A DNA stretch of 63,540 nucleotides, counting the filler, from Cercozoa sp. M6MM (Eukaryota; Protista; Endomyxa: Ascetosporea), in the NCBI GenBank assembly GCA_040357565.1. It is 10 parts of 10 records of this genome, joined end to end, with 100 filler letters (N's around TTAATTAATTAA, not from the genome) between each part and the next. Parts side by side here need not be neighbours in the genome. Positions count along the whole stretch, not along the records: positions 1 to 9,849 come from JBDODJ010000463.1; positions 9,950 to 27,930 come from JBDODJ010000243.1; 8 more parts are not named here. One strand, 5' to 3'. How positions within the stretch are numbered: position 1 is the first letter of the stretch; each line of letters opens with the position of its first letter. The notes under the pieces are model-generated. The model was not told where the DNA came from, searched no databases, and worked only from the letters and a program-made list of their open reading frames with translations. Below are positions 1-11,559 of this stretch, piece after piece. The position numbers were made by a program, and so were the translations under genes.

Positions 1-1695
1 ACCCCCCGGCCCCTACCCCCTTGACCTCTACCCCTTGAACTCTACCCCTATACCCTACCCCCTTACTCCCAGGCGAGGCAGTGGAGGGCGTGCTGACGCG
101 TGTGCGAACGGAGTCGCTGACGGCGCCGTTTTCGAACGAGAGCGAAACTTCGTTGGCGCAGTTGTGGCGCCACAAGGCTAATGTGGTTCGCTTACTCCCT
201 ACCTCCCCTACTCCTTACCCCTACCCCTAACCCCTAGTGCTACGACGAAGCGACGGCGGCAGCAGTGGCGCAAACGACGGTTTCGATCGGTCGCAGCGGC
301 AGCTACGCCTTCCCGGCGGACAAGGTGTGGCTACTCCACGAGGTCTGCCGCACGTGCTCAAGTGATCAGTCCACTGACCAGTCCACTGATCAGTCAAATG
401 ATCAGTCAAGTGACCACCTGAGTGATCACTCGTGCGATCAATGCGACGGCGACACTGCTCACGTGGCCATGGACCCGTTTCTGCCTAGATTGGTTGGAGC
501 ACGCAGGTGGGTTTTACCCCCCCCCCCCGTTGACCCCCCTGTTTACCCCCCTGTTGACCCCTCCTCCACGTTGCAGGTGGCTACAGTGCGCGCCGGGCAC
601 GGTGCTGGTCAGCGCGGACTACACGCAGGTGGAGCTGCGCATGATGGCGCACCTCAGCGGCGACGAGGCGCTGTGTCGGTTTTACCCCCCTGTTAACCCC
701 CCTAATTACCCCCGTGTTTACCCACTGTCTACTCTCCCCCTGCTTACTCCCCTGTTTACCCCTCTCTTCACCCGGTGGCCTTTTACCCCCCAGGCAATGC
801 ACCGACCTTGAAGCAGACGTGTTCGTCGATTTGGCGCGGCAGTTTTTCGCTCTGCCGGTCGGCGCGTCGGTCGGCGAGGATCAGCGCGGACAGGCCAAGA
901 AGGTACCATCTGAGTGACCACCTGAGTGACCACCTGAGTGACCACCTGAGTGGCCATATGAGTGACCACGTGGGCAGGTATTTTATGGCATTCTGTACGG
1001 GCTCGGTCGCGCGAAACTAGCGGCCGAAATCGGCGTCTCGGAAACGGCCGCTGCAGCTCTGGTGGGCTTTACCCCCCTGTGTACACCCCCTCCATACCTC
1101 CTATTTACCCCTCCCCCTCCCCCAGACGAGGCAGGTGCGGCAGCAGTATCCACAGTTGTACAGATTCCGCGACGAGCTTAACCGAGGTTCCCCCTTTACT
1201 TCCCCACCCCCTATACCCTTACCCCCCGCAGGCGACAGGAAGTGCACGACGTTGTTCGGACGCGTGCGACCGTTGAAGTCGGACGAGCTTCGAAAAGCGT
1301 TCAACAGTTGCGTGCAAGGAAGTGTGGCCGATCTTGTGGTTTTTACTCCCTACCCCCCCCCCCCCCCCCCATAGTTACCCCTACCCCCGGAGAGCAGAAA
1401 CTGGCCATGGTACGGACGGACGCAGCGTTGCGAAAGAGCGGAACCGGAGCGACACTGGTGCACATGATTCACGACGAGTTGCTGTGCGAGACGCCGGTCG
1501 GACACGTCGACACTGCCACAGTACCTACCGACTGTATCAACAAGACTGAAACTGATGCCTCTGACTAACGGTGTCTTTGTGGCTGTTCAGCGCATTCTAC
1601 GCGAGCAGATGTTGGACGCTGTGCGACTGCGCGTACCGCTGCAGGTGCGCTTCCGCCGCGGCTGCTCCTTCGACGCCATGCGCGTATTCCACTAG
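1..1695 (+). CDS. Family A DNA polymerase, Pol nu/theta-like; 5' partial, multi-exon
   Basis: Spliced motifs: A SADYTQVELRMMAHLSGD, B RGQAKKVFYGILYG, TTLFGRVR, RKAFNSCVQGSVADLVKLAM, C HMIHDELL. Last exon RILREQMLDAVRLRVPLQV...FH ends in TAG at 1693-1695. Confidence 0.9.
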
Positions 1696-2218
1696 TATTC
1701 GTTTTGTGCGAATAACATACAACTGGTTGATTTCGACTATTCACGCACTCAGTTGTCAGTCGGACCAAGTGCTCCGCGCTGAAGGTGAGGCTCTGTTAGT
1801 AAGGTGCTAATAGCAAACACTGGCCCCGTCTGGGATAATGTTGCCTGTACTGGGTAAGAGGGTAAGAAGGCTTGAAATGCAAGCAATCTTGCGTTGGTCC
1901 ATGGCCGCTGTTCGGGCAAATTCACGTCGCGTCAGCATGCTATCGTATCAGTAGTGCTGTGGCGTGACTGAAATCCACTAATAAGCATGTTTGGCTGAAA
2001 AATGTTCTCGGGGCTGCGGACCCATAACTAGAGCTACAGGTACAATTAAAAAAAACTATGGTTGAAGCAACTTGGTTTTACGGTAGCTGGGTCAGGGCTA
2101 TCGCAACCACACCTCATTTTTAGCACGCCATGGTCAGTTGATGAAATCATCGAGAGAAGTCTTAAAGCTGTCCAGTCCCGAGCTCGAGTCTCTGGCGCCT
2201 CCCAAACGGTTCAAGAGT

Positions 2219-5200
2219 TCACTCCAGACTGCATGTACACAGGAATAGACAGAGCATACTTTTTTTGATAGTGTGATTACCGTAGCCGTAGCTTTCGCTG
2301 CCACTGTTAGCCTTGGAGTATTTTGCCTCCTTCCGAGCGCTAGAGTAGCCAGGCTCTCGCGAATTGCACAGTGCGTCCGCGTGGCCGAAGATGGCCAGCA
2401 TGTGATTGGCACGCGTCAAGGCCACGTTCAGGCGACGGGTGTCTGCATGCAGAAACAGGTTGGGCACGTCTGTTCACACTCACAGCACACAGAAGTCATC
2501 TAGTACCCGCGACGAAGAAATTGTCGCGAGTGCGAACAAGCGAAAGGAGCGCAATGTCAAAACTATAATCTGCCAACACGACAATGATTGACAGTGTGCG
2601 CGATACGTGGAGGCGTACTTTGGACAATGTCGCTGCCAATCGTGCAAAGATGAATCCTGTTCTCGAGCAGCTGAGCATCCTCGCCGAATTTTCGAAGCAT
2701 TGCGCGCACCTGCCCATCATAGTAACCGATTGAAGCGGTGAAGAAAAATAAACTTAATAGTACCTTCTTCTGCAAAAGCTTGTTTTGCTCGCGATAGAAC
2801 GAGACGATGCCAATCGACGGCAGGCACTGAACTCATTGACACAAAACCATTGCGCAGAAAGTAGAGTCAACTGTATCAAGCAAGCACCTCAATGTCTTGC
2901 GACTCTGGAAAGGCCGACAAAAGGAATTCGAGCTGCTTGATGATTTCCTCGGCCTCAAGTTCGTTAAGGAAGGAAGACTTGCCGTCAGGCCTCTCCTCCT
3001 GGCCTCGCACGTCGAAGAAGCGCACGGTATCTGCTCGCAAGTGAACAAAATTTGCACTGTCGAGCAGCAGCAACATTGTAGGAGTAAAACCGAAACGGTG
3101 GCAATGGTCCGACCTCAGAAGGTAGGGAAACTTGTTCTCCCACTTCATTGTGTCAGAGCAAACACAGGCGTCGTTCGTAACGCCACCACCAGACAGTGAC
3201 GTGTCAAAGCTACGGAAACTTGCAATCCGCGGGTCCATTCGACACTGCTCCTGCAGCGTGAGTACTTCGTCGCCATAGCCGACATCCTGGGGCAGCGAAA
3301 CAATCAATTCACAGTGCTCCAGGCTTTGCAGGGAGAAATTGCACCAGCAGACGCTCGAACAGGGAAACAGGAGGATCGATTTCTTCCATCAGACACGTCG
3401 GAATCGCGGCCTGACGTAATAAAACTAATTCCAGCAGACAACTTCGAGCCGTACAGCCAAATTAAAGCTGTACCGGTGGTTGCAGCGGATCGCCCATCAC
3501 GACGACCTTGGTGGCGCCCAGCGACAACGGAATCAACGCTTGCGACTCGAGCATACGCGCGGCGTCGTCAATCACTGAGCTCATGGACAAGTAGAAATAC
3601 AGCAAACAGAATTTATCCTAAAATGGCGAGAAAATTGTTTACGAACAACGTCTGGACTGAACAGGTCGCGCAGGTTGCCGGCAGCGACGGCGGTACAAAA
3701 CACCACGCGGGCGTTGGCGTAGACTTCACGGCGCTGGGCGTGCCAGTTTCCGGCAACAACGCACCGATGAGCTTGACCAGTCGCCAGCCACTACAAGCGA
3801 GCAAATGAATTTCAGTAAAACAAGCCAAACTGCGATAAATTCTTTACTGCACTGTAAATTTACCTCTCGGAACTCATCGTCGCCCTTGGAATAGGCCAGA
3901 ACAATATGCTCAGACGGACAGTTGCTCTGCTGTTGGTCGAGCACGAGCATGAGAGCGCGCATGACGTTCTGCACGGCCGTGTTTGTCGGCGCACACACCA
4001 GCACACGCTTGTGCTCGTCTCCGCCATCAAGCAGTTGAGCGTAGTGGTCAACAATGGCAGTCGCAAGACGCAAGTTGTCTGCGGCAAAATACAGGGCGAT
4101 TAATCTGGGGTTAAAACAGAAACCACTAGTACTGTGTAAAGAAAGACAATGTACGGTACTCGGTTCCAGGAGGACTCTGGATCAACGTGAAGGTGTTGTT
4201 GCCCATATTGCAAGCACGCCGACAAGCCTCCTTTTGCGACTCATTGAGGCGGAAGAATGCCATGTGGGTTTCCAGTGTCTGAAAAAACAAAAAAACGCGC
4301 TAATGTTCGACAAGAGTGGAAATAGAAAGCAAATTATCAGCTTGAGTGTAAATTTACGAGTTCTTCCATCGGAGGCACGCGCACAGGTGTGCTGGAAGTG
4401 TACGACTCGAGCGCACGTTGCAGTGGCTCATTTGCTGTCAGCGACGACACCGACTCCGAAAAACGACGCATGTCGTTCCTACAAACAAAGGGTACAGAAT
4501 AGCAGAGAACTGTAAACAAACAAAAGCAACTGATCAGGAAAGTCAAACGCACAGGCAATGAAGATAGCGAAGAAAAATCGGCTGATCCGCACGTCGGTTT
4601 CGCACATCGCGAAAGAACGTGCTGTCGGGCGAAACAACGCAGTCGATCGACAACACGTTCGAGCCGCGGTCGCGACGTGCTACCCATCCAAAGACAGAGT
4701 CGCGGTTTGTGGATTCAGTCGGCAGACCATCGTCCGCGCGAAAGCTCATCTTGTGACACGAAATCAAAACAATGCTGTCGCGGGAGATTCGCTGTGCAAA
4801 ACAACACGAAGAATTCAGCACAGTCACTCAATCAACTGTGAACGACAGCAAAATGCACAGTTTTCAAATTTGGAGGTCCTCGGACGGTGAGTCGATACAC
4901 GCCGAGCTTGTCTTTCTTGATGCTTTGCAAAGTTTCGGCAATTTGCGGGTCTAAAACTCGTGTTTTGGCGCCAGCGACATTGCAGCTCGGCAAAGAGACC
5001 AGCGGGCTTTCAGTCAAAGCACTGATGCCCGGGTTCGCAACGACGCACGGATAACTGGCTTGCTCCACCTTGTCGAACCTGAATATCGTAAATATGACTT
5101 GCGCGTCGACTGTGCCTCTGCGTACAACTCCAGAGACTGGGGGGTCTCGTACCCGAAAGGACCTTTAAGAATGTTGGCGCGATCCTGCACTCGCAGCTGC

Positions 5201-5400
5201 GCGAAGATACCTGCAGATAAAAAGACAGTATTGTGTGCCAACTAAAATACTGGCACCGCCCAAAAAGCGTTACGTTTAGCATAGCCGACGGTGTCGACAG
5301 AGCTGTGAGAAACACTCTGGCCGCTCCCATTGATGAAGTCTCGAGGAGAACACCGCAGAAGCTGCAATGCGTAACTCAGGATCAAACCGTCTGCCTGAGT
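2219..5400 (-). CDS. SF1B (UPF1/SEN1/DNA2-like) helicase-fold protein with degenerate ATPase motifs; multi-exon, ends approximate
   Basis: Motifs in the expected order: LIQSPPGT, RVLVCAPTNTAV, VIDDAARMLESQALIPL, VMGDPLQ, LQEQCRMDPRIASF, SFLNELEA, YYDGQV, FDIALLSLVRT, RRLNVALTRA. Confidence 0.85.
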
Positions 5401-6402
5401 CATTGTCTGCGAACACAAAACATGTCACGTCACGAATATTGCAAAACACGTGCACTGTATTTTAGGCCAAATTGCACCTCCCAGAGTGTTAATATAGGTG
5501 TCAATAAGCAGTGAGCAGGACAAAAGTAGCAAAACTGAGTGACTTCGTTGCGTTTGAATTTCGGATGAGTGACTTCGTTGCGTCTGCTCAAGTGCCGGAG
5601 ATGGTTTCAATTGTACTTTATACACACTATGTGATACTATAATGGTGATAAATTAACACGTAACGTAGTAATGCTGCATGTTAAGAATGAAGACGTCGTT
5701 CGGTCATTCACGCCAAAATTTCAAGCGCCCCGGGCCAGAAGACAGTTAAAAAAACAAAACTACTAACGTAACGTACAGAGACGAGTGTGCTTGTCACGTG
5801 CACGGGTGCGGATTCTAGTCGCGCACCGGCAGCGGAGATATACCGAGCGTGTCTCGGACCAAGTTGACAAATTCACATGGGCTCATGCTCCTGCCTACAG
5901 TACTGTAATAATGAGGGATAGTTCGTTGTAGGCAACAGGATCAATGTACACGGGTCGTAGCCATGCAGTGCACTTGTTCGAACGGTCGAGTTCGCGCGGT
6001 GCCTGCGGCGCCCCGTTGGCCGGTTTAAAGTCCACCACCTTCAGCACCGTGCAACGGACAGATCAAGACTAAGTGATCATTTGAAAAAAACGACAGTTCC
6101 AGCTGGTCGACGGTTCCGAGGAGCATCTGGGAGAGAAGGTCACCTTTCCAATGTTCTCTTTGTTCGACGGACTGGGAACTCCACTCGCTCGCGCAGTTGC
6201 AGTCGCGGCACGCACATGTCACTCAGTGCGCATCTGTCAGTCGGCCCCGGCCAGGCTCGAGCTTAGCTTCAGCCATAGCGAGGCTGCTGCGGGAAGTGTT
6301 TTCAGTCGAGTGGGGATTTATTATTAATGTGACACCAGCTCGCTTTACCATTACGGTACAGGTATGTCCTGGACTGTCTACTGAGTCAACTGTTTAAAAT
6401 TA

Positions 6403-8240
6403 CTATAATCCGGGCTGGTTATATTTAGGATTGGCGCTACTGCCACCGGCGACGTCTTTTTTCGCGCTGCTCGAACTCTGTCGCGTGTGCACTGACAGCT
6501 TTCGTTCCTTGTAGAACTCTCTGCGCATCAATACAAACTGGATACATAAAAGAGTCCGGTGCAACAACACTACCTCTATCAAATCACGGTTGATTTTCTT
6601 TTCTTCGAGTGACATTTCGCTAAGTTGCGCGATGGCGCGTTCCTTGTGTTCGCGATGCTGCTGAAGCAAGAACTCGCGCTGTTCCTTCATCTTTTCGAGT
6701 CGTCGAGCTCCTTCGCGCTCAGCGCGCTTCCTCTCTCTGCAACAAAGCTCGAGTCACTCTCTCGATTAGTAAATTTATAAAACGGCCAGCTTTGTTTTCA
6801 GTACATACCTTTGCGCCTCTTTTCGCACCTTCTCAGCGAACTCTTCGTCTTCTTTCCGACTCTGACGTTTCAGTTCCTCCTTCCGACGCAACTGGCACTC
6901 GACAAACTTGTTGACGGACTGCTGGAACTCAGCGCGCTTCTTTTCACGCAAGTGCAGTTCCTCTATCGCTTCCTTTTCGCGGCGTGCGACCTCGGCATCA
7001 GCACGACGCTGGTCCTCCTCGGCGAGCTCGCGTTGAGTCTTGGTGGCAGTGATCAACGAGGACAAGTTGCGTTCTTGCCGGCGGTACGCATCCATGAGTC
7101 GCTGTCGGCGCTGTCGGTCCTGCTTTTCGAGGATTTCCTCGTGTTCCCGAGCTCGTATTCTGTCCGCTTCGACCTCTTTTCGTTCTTCGACAGCACGCAG
7201 TTTCTCTGCCAGCCGATTGCTTTCCTCGGTTTCACGAATGTCTTGCAGCACTTTCTCCCGTCGGAGTTTCTGCTTGCGTTCTTCCTCTTGCATCTCGCGC
7301 TTGGCTTGTGCCATGCGACGTAAGTCATCGCGGTACTGGATCAACTCTTCGATCTGTCGGCGCTTCTCAAGTATGTCTAACTCTTGCTGGCGTTCTTGCC
7401 GCAACTCTTCCACCGCTTGCCGTGCTCGCTCGACGCGTAGCTTTTCTTCCGCGAGAACTTGTTTTGCCTGCTTGAGGACTTCTTGTTGTTCGATCTGTTT
7501 CTCCTTCTTTATTTCTTCCGATTCCTTGCCCTTTTGTTTGAGCTACACATTCAAGTGTAAATAACAAACTGAAAGTGCCGACAGGATTTTCAAATACGAA
7601 ATATGTACTGGAGCCTGGGTACCTGTTCTTCGAGAGTGTCACGATATTTTAGCTTGTCCAATTCCATAAATTTGTCCACGATTCCTTGTTCCGCCTCGAA
7701 GCAGGCGTCGTGAAAGCGTTGAAGCGTGACCCAGTTGATTTGGTTCATCTTTTGAGCGGTGCGGTACCGATCCACCAGTTCGTGCTTTCTTTCCATCGCG
7801 TACGCGTGCTGCTCTTGCAGGTAAGGGTCAAGTTCTCCGACCATTGACTTGATCTTCTTGTCGAGTCTCTTCGCGTCTCTATCTTCTTGGGGTGACTGGC
7901 TTTTTGCCTCCTCACGGAAGCTTTGACTTAGCTCGAGCCTAAGTGAGCGCGCGGACTGCGATCTTGCGCTTTGAAGAGAGCGACAGCTCCGTGAAGATGC
8001 TGGGCGTTTGGATCGCGCGGAAACACACTCCCCGAGTCCTTGTTCGACCGAACCCCCCAAGTCGAGTTCAGACATGTCCTTTCTCTGCTTTGGTGGCTTG
8101 CTTGCCGGCCGTCTTAGTGTCACTGACTGTGAACGGGACAAACCATTCTTGCGTTTAGCGAATCGCCGTTCAAACTTGACCAGCAAGCTGTCCTTCTTTC
8201 GCTCATTCGCGTAAATGCGCAGGAGCCTGGAAACACTCAA
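6403..8240 (-). CDS. E/R/K/Q-rich coiled-coil protein, possibly trichohyalin-plectin-homology (ciliary MNS1/CFAP45/CFAP53-type)
   Basis: Consecutive ORFs 7590-8240, 6775-7413 and 6403-6690 are separated by short intron-like gaps and have charged helical composition. Confidence 0.6.
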
Positions 8241-8299
8241 ACTGAAGATAGTGAAACTCCGACCTTGAAGTTGTCACTCGTACCGATCGCGCGCTGCAG

Positions 8300-9849
8300 G
8301 CGTTAGTCTTCCGTTGGCGTACATGGATGCACTCTGCGGCGGTCCTAGACGTCGGGAGACAAGCCAGCCTGAAATTTCAACCTGGCGCAGGAAGGTCATA
8401 TCATACGGAGAAACGCTGACGCTAGATACCTCGACTTTGACATTTAAATTAAAACTAAAATCTGCCTGGATTGGAACCGTTTATACGTACATGTGCAGCC
8501 CAGTCGGTTGTCAGACTGCGATGGTCCGCTGTCAGGCCGGCAACTCGCTCCGAAGCTGCCTTGGAACTGATCATGGTCACTGGTACCGTACGTCATATCT
8601 CGAATGTCAGTTGAGTCGCGTTCCGTTCGGTTTTACACATGCAACACTACTAGTTAACACATTCTAGCCGGCCAGGTCACACAGGAACTCAGTAGCCATC
8701 GCGCAATTGATTCTCTAACACTGGGGCAGAACGAGGCTCGAAAGGACTCGCTCGAGTTCAGCACCACTTGCTCTCGCCAGTCTGCGAGTTGAACATGTAG
8801 TAACTGCCACTGGCCTCGTCGTAGTGCTTGCTCCAGGCACTCGGCGGTAACTTGGGCTTGGGCGGCGCCACCGGAGCCGTCTGTGCCTGTAGCCATGCAA
8901 ACATATCGTTACACCTTTATATTATCTATATACTGGAGTACCGGTCGAGCAGGCATCTGGACGGAGCCCTGAGTAGCACCGCCTGCCATCGGGTTGGCTC
9001 TCTGTGCCGCCGCTGCTGCCAGAGGGTTGGTCCTCTGGGCCTGTACCTGTGTTGCCATCGGGTTGGCCCTCTGTGCTGCCACAGGGTTAGTCCTCTGTGT
9101 TGCTACAGGGTTAGTCCTCTGTGCTGCCACAGGGTTGGCCCTCTGTGCCATTGGATTCGGACGCGCGCCGAACTGCCGCGCCGCCGCCTGCACATTCGTG
9201 CGTGCCGGTGCCTACCACCAGAGGAGGGGTAAAGGGGACGGGTTGGGGGGGGGGTAAACACCTGCACAGCAGCACGCGGAGGCGCTTGCACGGCCGCACG
9301 TGGCGGTGCCTACGGGGGGGGGGGGGGGGGGGGTAAGAGAGTGTAGGGGGAAGGGTAGGTCTTACCTGCACACTGCGAGCGGCGCCGAACTGACGCGGCG
9401 GCGCCTGAACCGATCGAGCCGGAGCCTGTACCGAACGAGCCGGAGCCTGTACCGAACGAGCCGGAGCCTGTACCGAACGCGCCGGAGCCTGTACCGATTG
9501 AGCCGGAGCCTGCACCGTCCTGGGCGGTGCCTTCTTCCGCACCGGCTCAACGATCTTTTCCACATAGGTCAGTGGCACGAAGCCCTTGGACCCGGTGCGC
9601 TTGTTGGTGCCCTGGAACCATCCTCCGTCCGCCGGCTGGTTCATCAGCAGCACGTCGCCTGGGGACAGGGGAGGTAAAGGAAGGCGAGGGGGACAGAAGG
9701 TCTAAAGCCCTACCAGTCTCAAAGGAGCACTCGTCGATGCCATTGCCCGGGAAGTCGCCAATCGCGCGGTATTGCCTATCACCAAGGGGGTAAGGGGGGG
9801 GGGCCGGGGGGGGGGGGGGTAAGAAACGTACTCGCGAGTCTCACGCGTC
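8300..9849 (-). CDS. SH3-domain protein with internal peptide repeats; 5' partial, 3' end approximate
   Basis: YRAIGDFPGNGIDECSFET-GDVLLMNQPADGGWFQGTNKRTGSKGFVPLTYVE is an SH3 signature, followed by VQAPARS and QRANPVAA repeats. Confidence 0.8.
8985..9155 (-). repeat. 24-nt-period coding tandem repeat (QR[A/T]NP[V/M]A[A/T])
   Basis: Recurrent gggttggccctctgtgctgccaca-type unit on the + strand. Confidence 0.85.
9405..9515 (-). repeat. 21-nt coding tandem repeat (VQAPARS), about 5-6 copies
   Basis: The unit gagccggagcctgtaccgaac is repeated on the + strand. Confidence 0.9.
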
Positions 9850-9949
9850 NNNNNNNNNNNNNNNNNNNNNNNNNNNNNNNNNNNNNNNNNNNNTTAATTA
9901 ATTAANNNNNNNNNNNNNNNNNNNNNNNNNNNNNNNNNNNNNNNNNNNN
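9850..9949. other. Artificial contig spacer. Also at 27931-28030, 36915-37014, 42532-42631, 45956-46055, 47171-47270, 52843-52942, 57783-57882 and 61405-61504
   Basis: Identical 44N-TTAATTAATTAA-44N block that places stops in all six frames. Confidence 0.98.
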
Positions 9950-11157
9950 GAGGGGTAAAGAGGGGGTAAAGAGGGGGGTAAAGAGGGGGGTAAAGAGGGG
10001 GGTAAAGAGGGGGGTAAAGAGGGGGTAACAAGCAGTACCCTCCGATAGCAGTCGGTTGAGCTTTTCACCGCTGTGCGAAATCTTGGCACCCTTCAGCGCC
10101 TCGCTCGTGCTCTGGCGGTTAAAAGGGGGTAAAGAGAGGGTAAGTAGGGATAAAGGGAGCAGGGGGCGGGGGGATAATGTATATATATCGGATATATATA
10201 TATAGGTATGTATATATATATAGGTATGTATATATAGGTATGTAAATATAGATACCAACTGCTTCTTGGCATCCTCGGCGATATGGTCCAGGTCCTGCAC
10301 AATGTGGAAGGGGTTAAGGTATGGGGAAGGTATAGGGTAAAGAGGCAAAGCCTCGAGACAGAGGAAGCAAGGGGTAAGAGGGGTAGGAGGTAAGAGGTGG
10401 AGCAAACCTCCTCATCCACAGCGAGACGCGCCTTGTGACGCCGCTTCTTTTCTTCCTTCTCCTCCTTCTTGCTCTGCTCGGGAATAAACGGGGAGTAGGG
10501 ATAAAGGGTAAAATGCGTGGGGCAAAAGGAGTAAAATAAGCTCAAGGGGGGGGGGGTAAAAGTTCACCTTGCGACTCTGCGACAAAAAATCCGTGAGCGA
10601 CAAATCGCTCTCCTCGGTCGCCTCGCTCAGCAGTTCTCTACATGGGGGTAAAGGGGTAAAAAAAGGGTAAAGGGGTAGAAGAGGTAAAGGGGTAGAAGGG
10701 GTAAGGGGGGTAAAACCGCCACACCTTTGCAAGCGACGCTGGTGCATGCGCTGACGCATCGCGAGAACGTCGACATCGTCCGCGTCCTTTTTCTGCTTCT
10801 CACCGACGTCAACAGTCACGACCTTGTCCTCTGCATTTGGCATTGTTGTTCGACGCATACATGCGGAAACTCGCAAATAAACAAATGGTCGAGTACCTTT
10901 CTCGACCTTGAGAGGCGGCAGACCCAGCATGGCACGGATTCGGTTGGTCTCATCGACCTGCCCAAACACACGTATATACACCCTTTCGTCCAGGATACTA
11001 TGTACCGAAGCTGAAATCTCGCCATCCTTCTCGCGAACTTCTGCGCGCGGAAAGGCGCCTTCCTTGCTCTCTTCCTTGCTGTACACAACCAACAACACAA
11101 GGTACAAAACACACTCACAGTAACAACCAGAAACTCATTTGGCGAATCACACCTCAT
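9950..11157 (-). CDS. SART1: U4/U6.U5 tri-snRNP protein SART1/Snu66; 3' partial
   Basis: HIND motif EISASVDETNRIRAMLGLPPLKV after splicing, then the later segment LKGAKISHS...LLSEG. Confidence 0.85.
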
Positions 11158-11559
11158 GTTTGACGTGTCCCGAGCTTCCCTAGGAAACTATATACAGTGG
11201 GCACCAACTCACAGTACACCGATAACCGCCTCAGGCCTCAGTAATTTTGTTAAGAGCCGGGCCGTTTGAACCGGTTTTGGACGAAAAGTCTTTTAAATGT
11301 TCGGCACTTCTTTTCGATCACTATTTCCAGGCGCCAGTGCGTTCTAACTGCTTGCTGGGCGGTGTGCACGCACAAAATGTCTGCCGATCGTGTCACGGCA
11401 GTGAGGAAGTATGGTGGGTTTTGCTTTTCTTGGCACCAAGTGTTCATCTCCATTCCACGCAAGCCACTTTGAAGCAATTTGGCTTCATTGGTGAGCTTTT
11501 AGCACATTGCTTGCAAGTTTTGTCTGTTAAGCTTTATCAGCGGAATTTCCGTCGAAAAA

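Noticed and set aside
5537-5583. 17-nt direct repeat GAGTGACTTCGTTGCGT, two copies
   Set aside because: Only two copies, with no terminal repeats or other support for an element.
6180-6276. Minus-strand MAEAKLEPGRGRLTDAH-TGA-VTC, which would be a selenoprotein UxxC motif
   Set aside because: No recognisable redox fold or SECIS element, and the + strand gives a more coherent spliced frame.
9405-9515. Regular repeats resembling a CRISPR array (also 38570-38690 and 49985-50062)
   Set aside because: Head-to-tail units without unique spacers, no cas genes, and a eukaryotic context.
9894-9905. Recurrent palindrome TTAATTAATTAA
   Set aside because: It is always centred in N padding and is a synthetic six-frame-stop linker.
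9950-10030. G/C-rich repeats at contig ends as true telomeres or nanochromosome ends
   Set aside because: They interrupt genes mid-CDS and match internal intron arrays, so they are assembly breakpoints.
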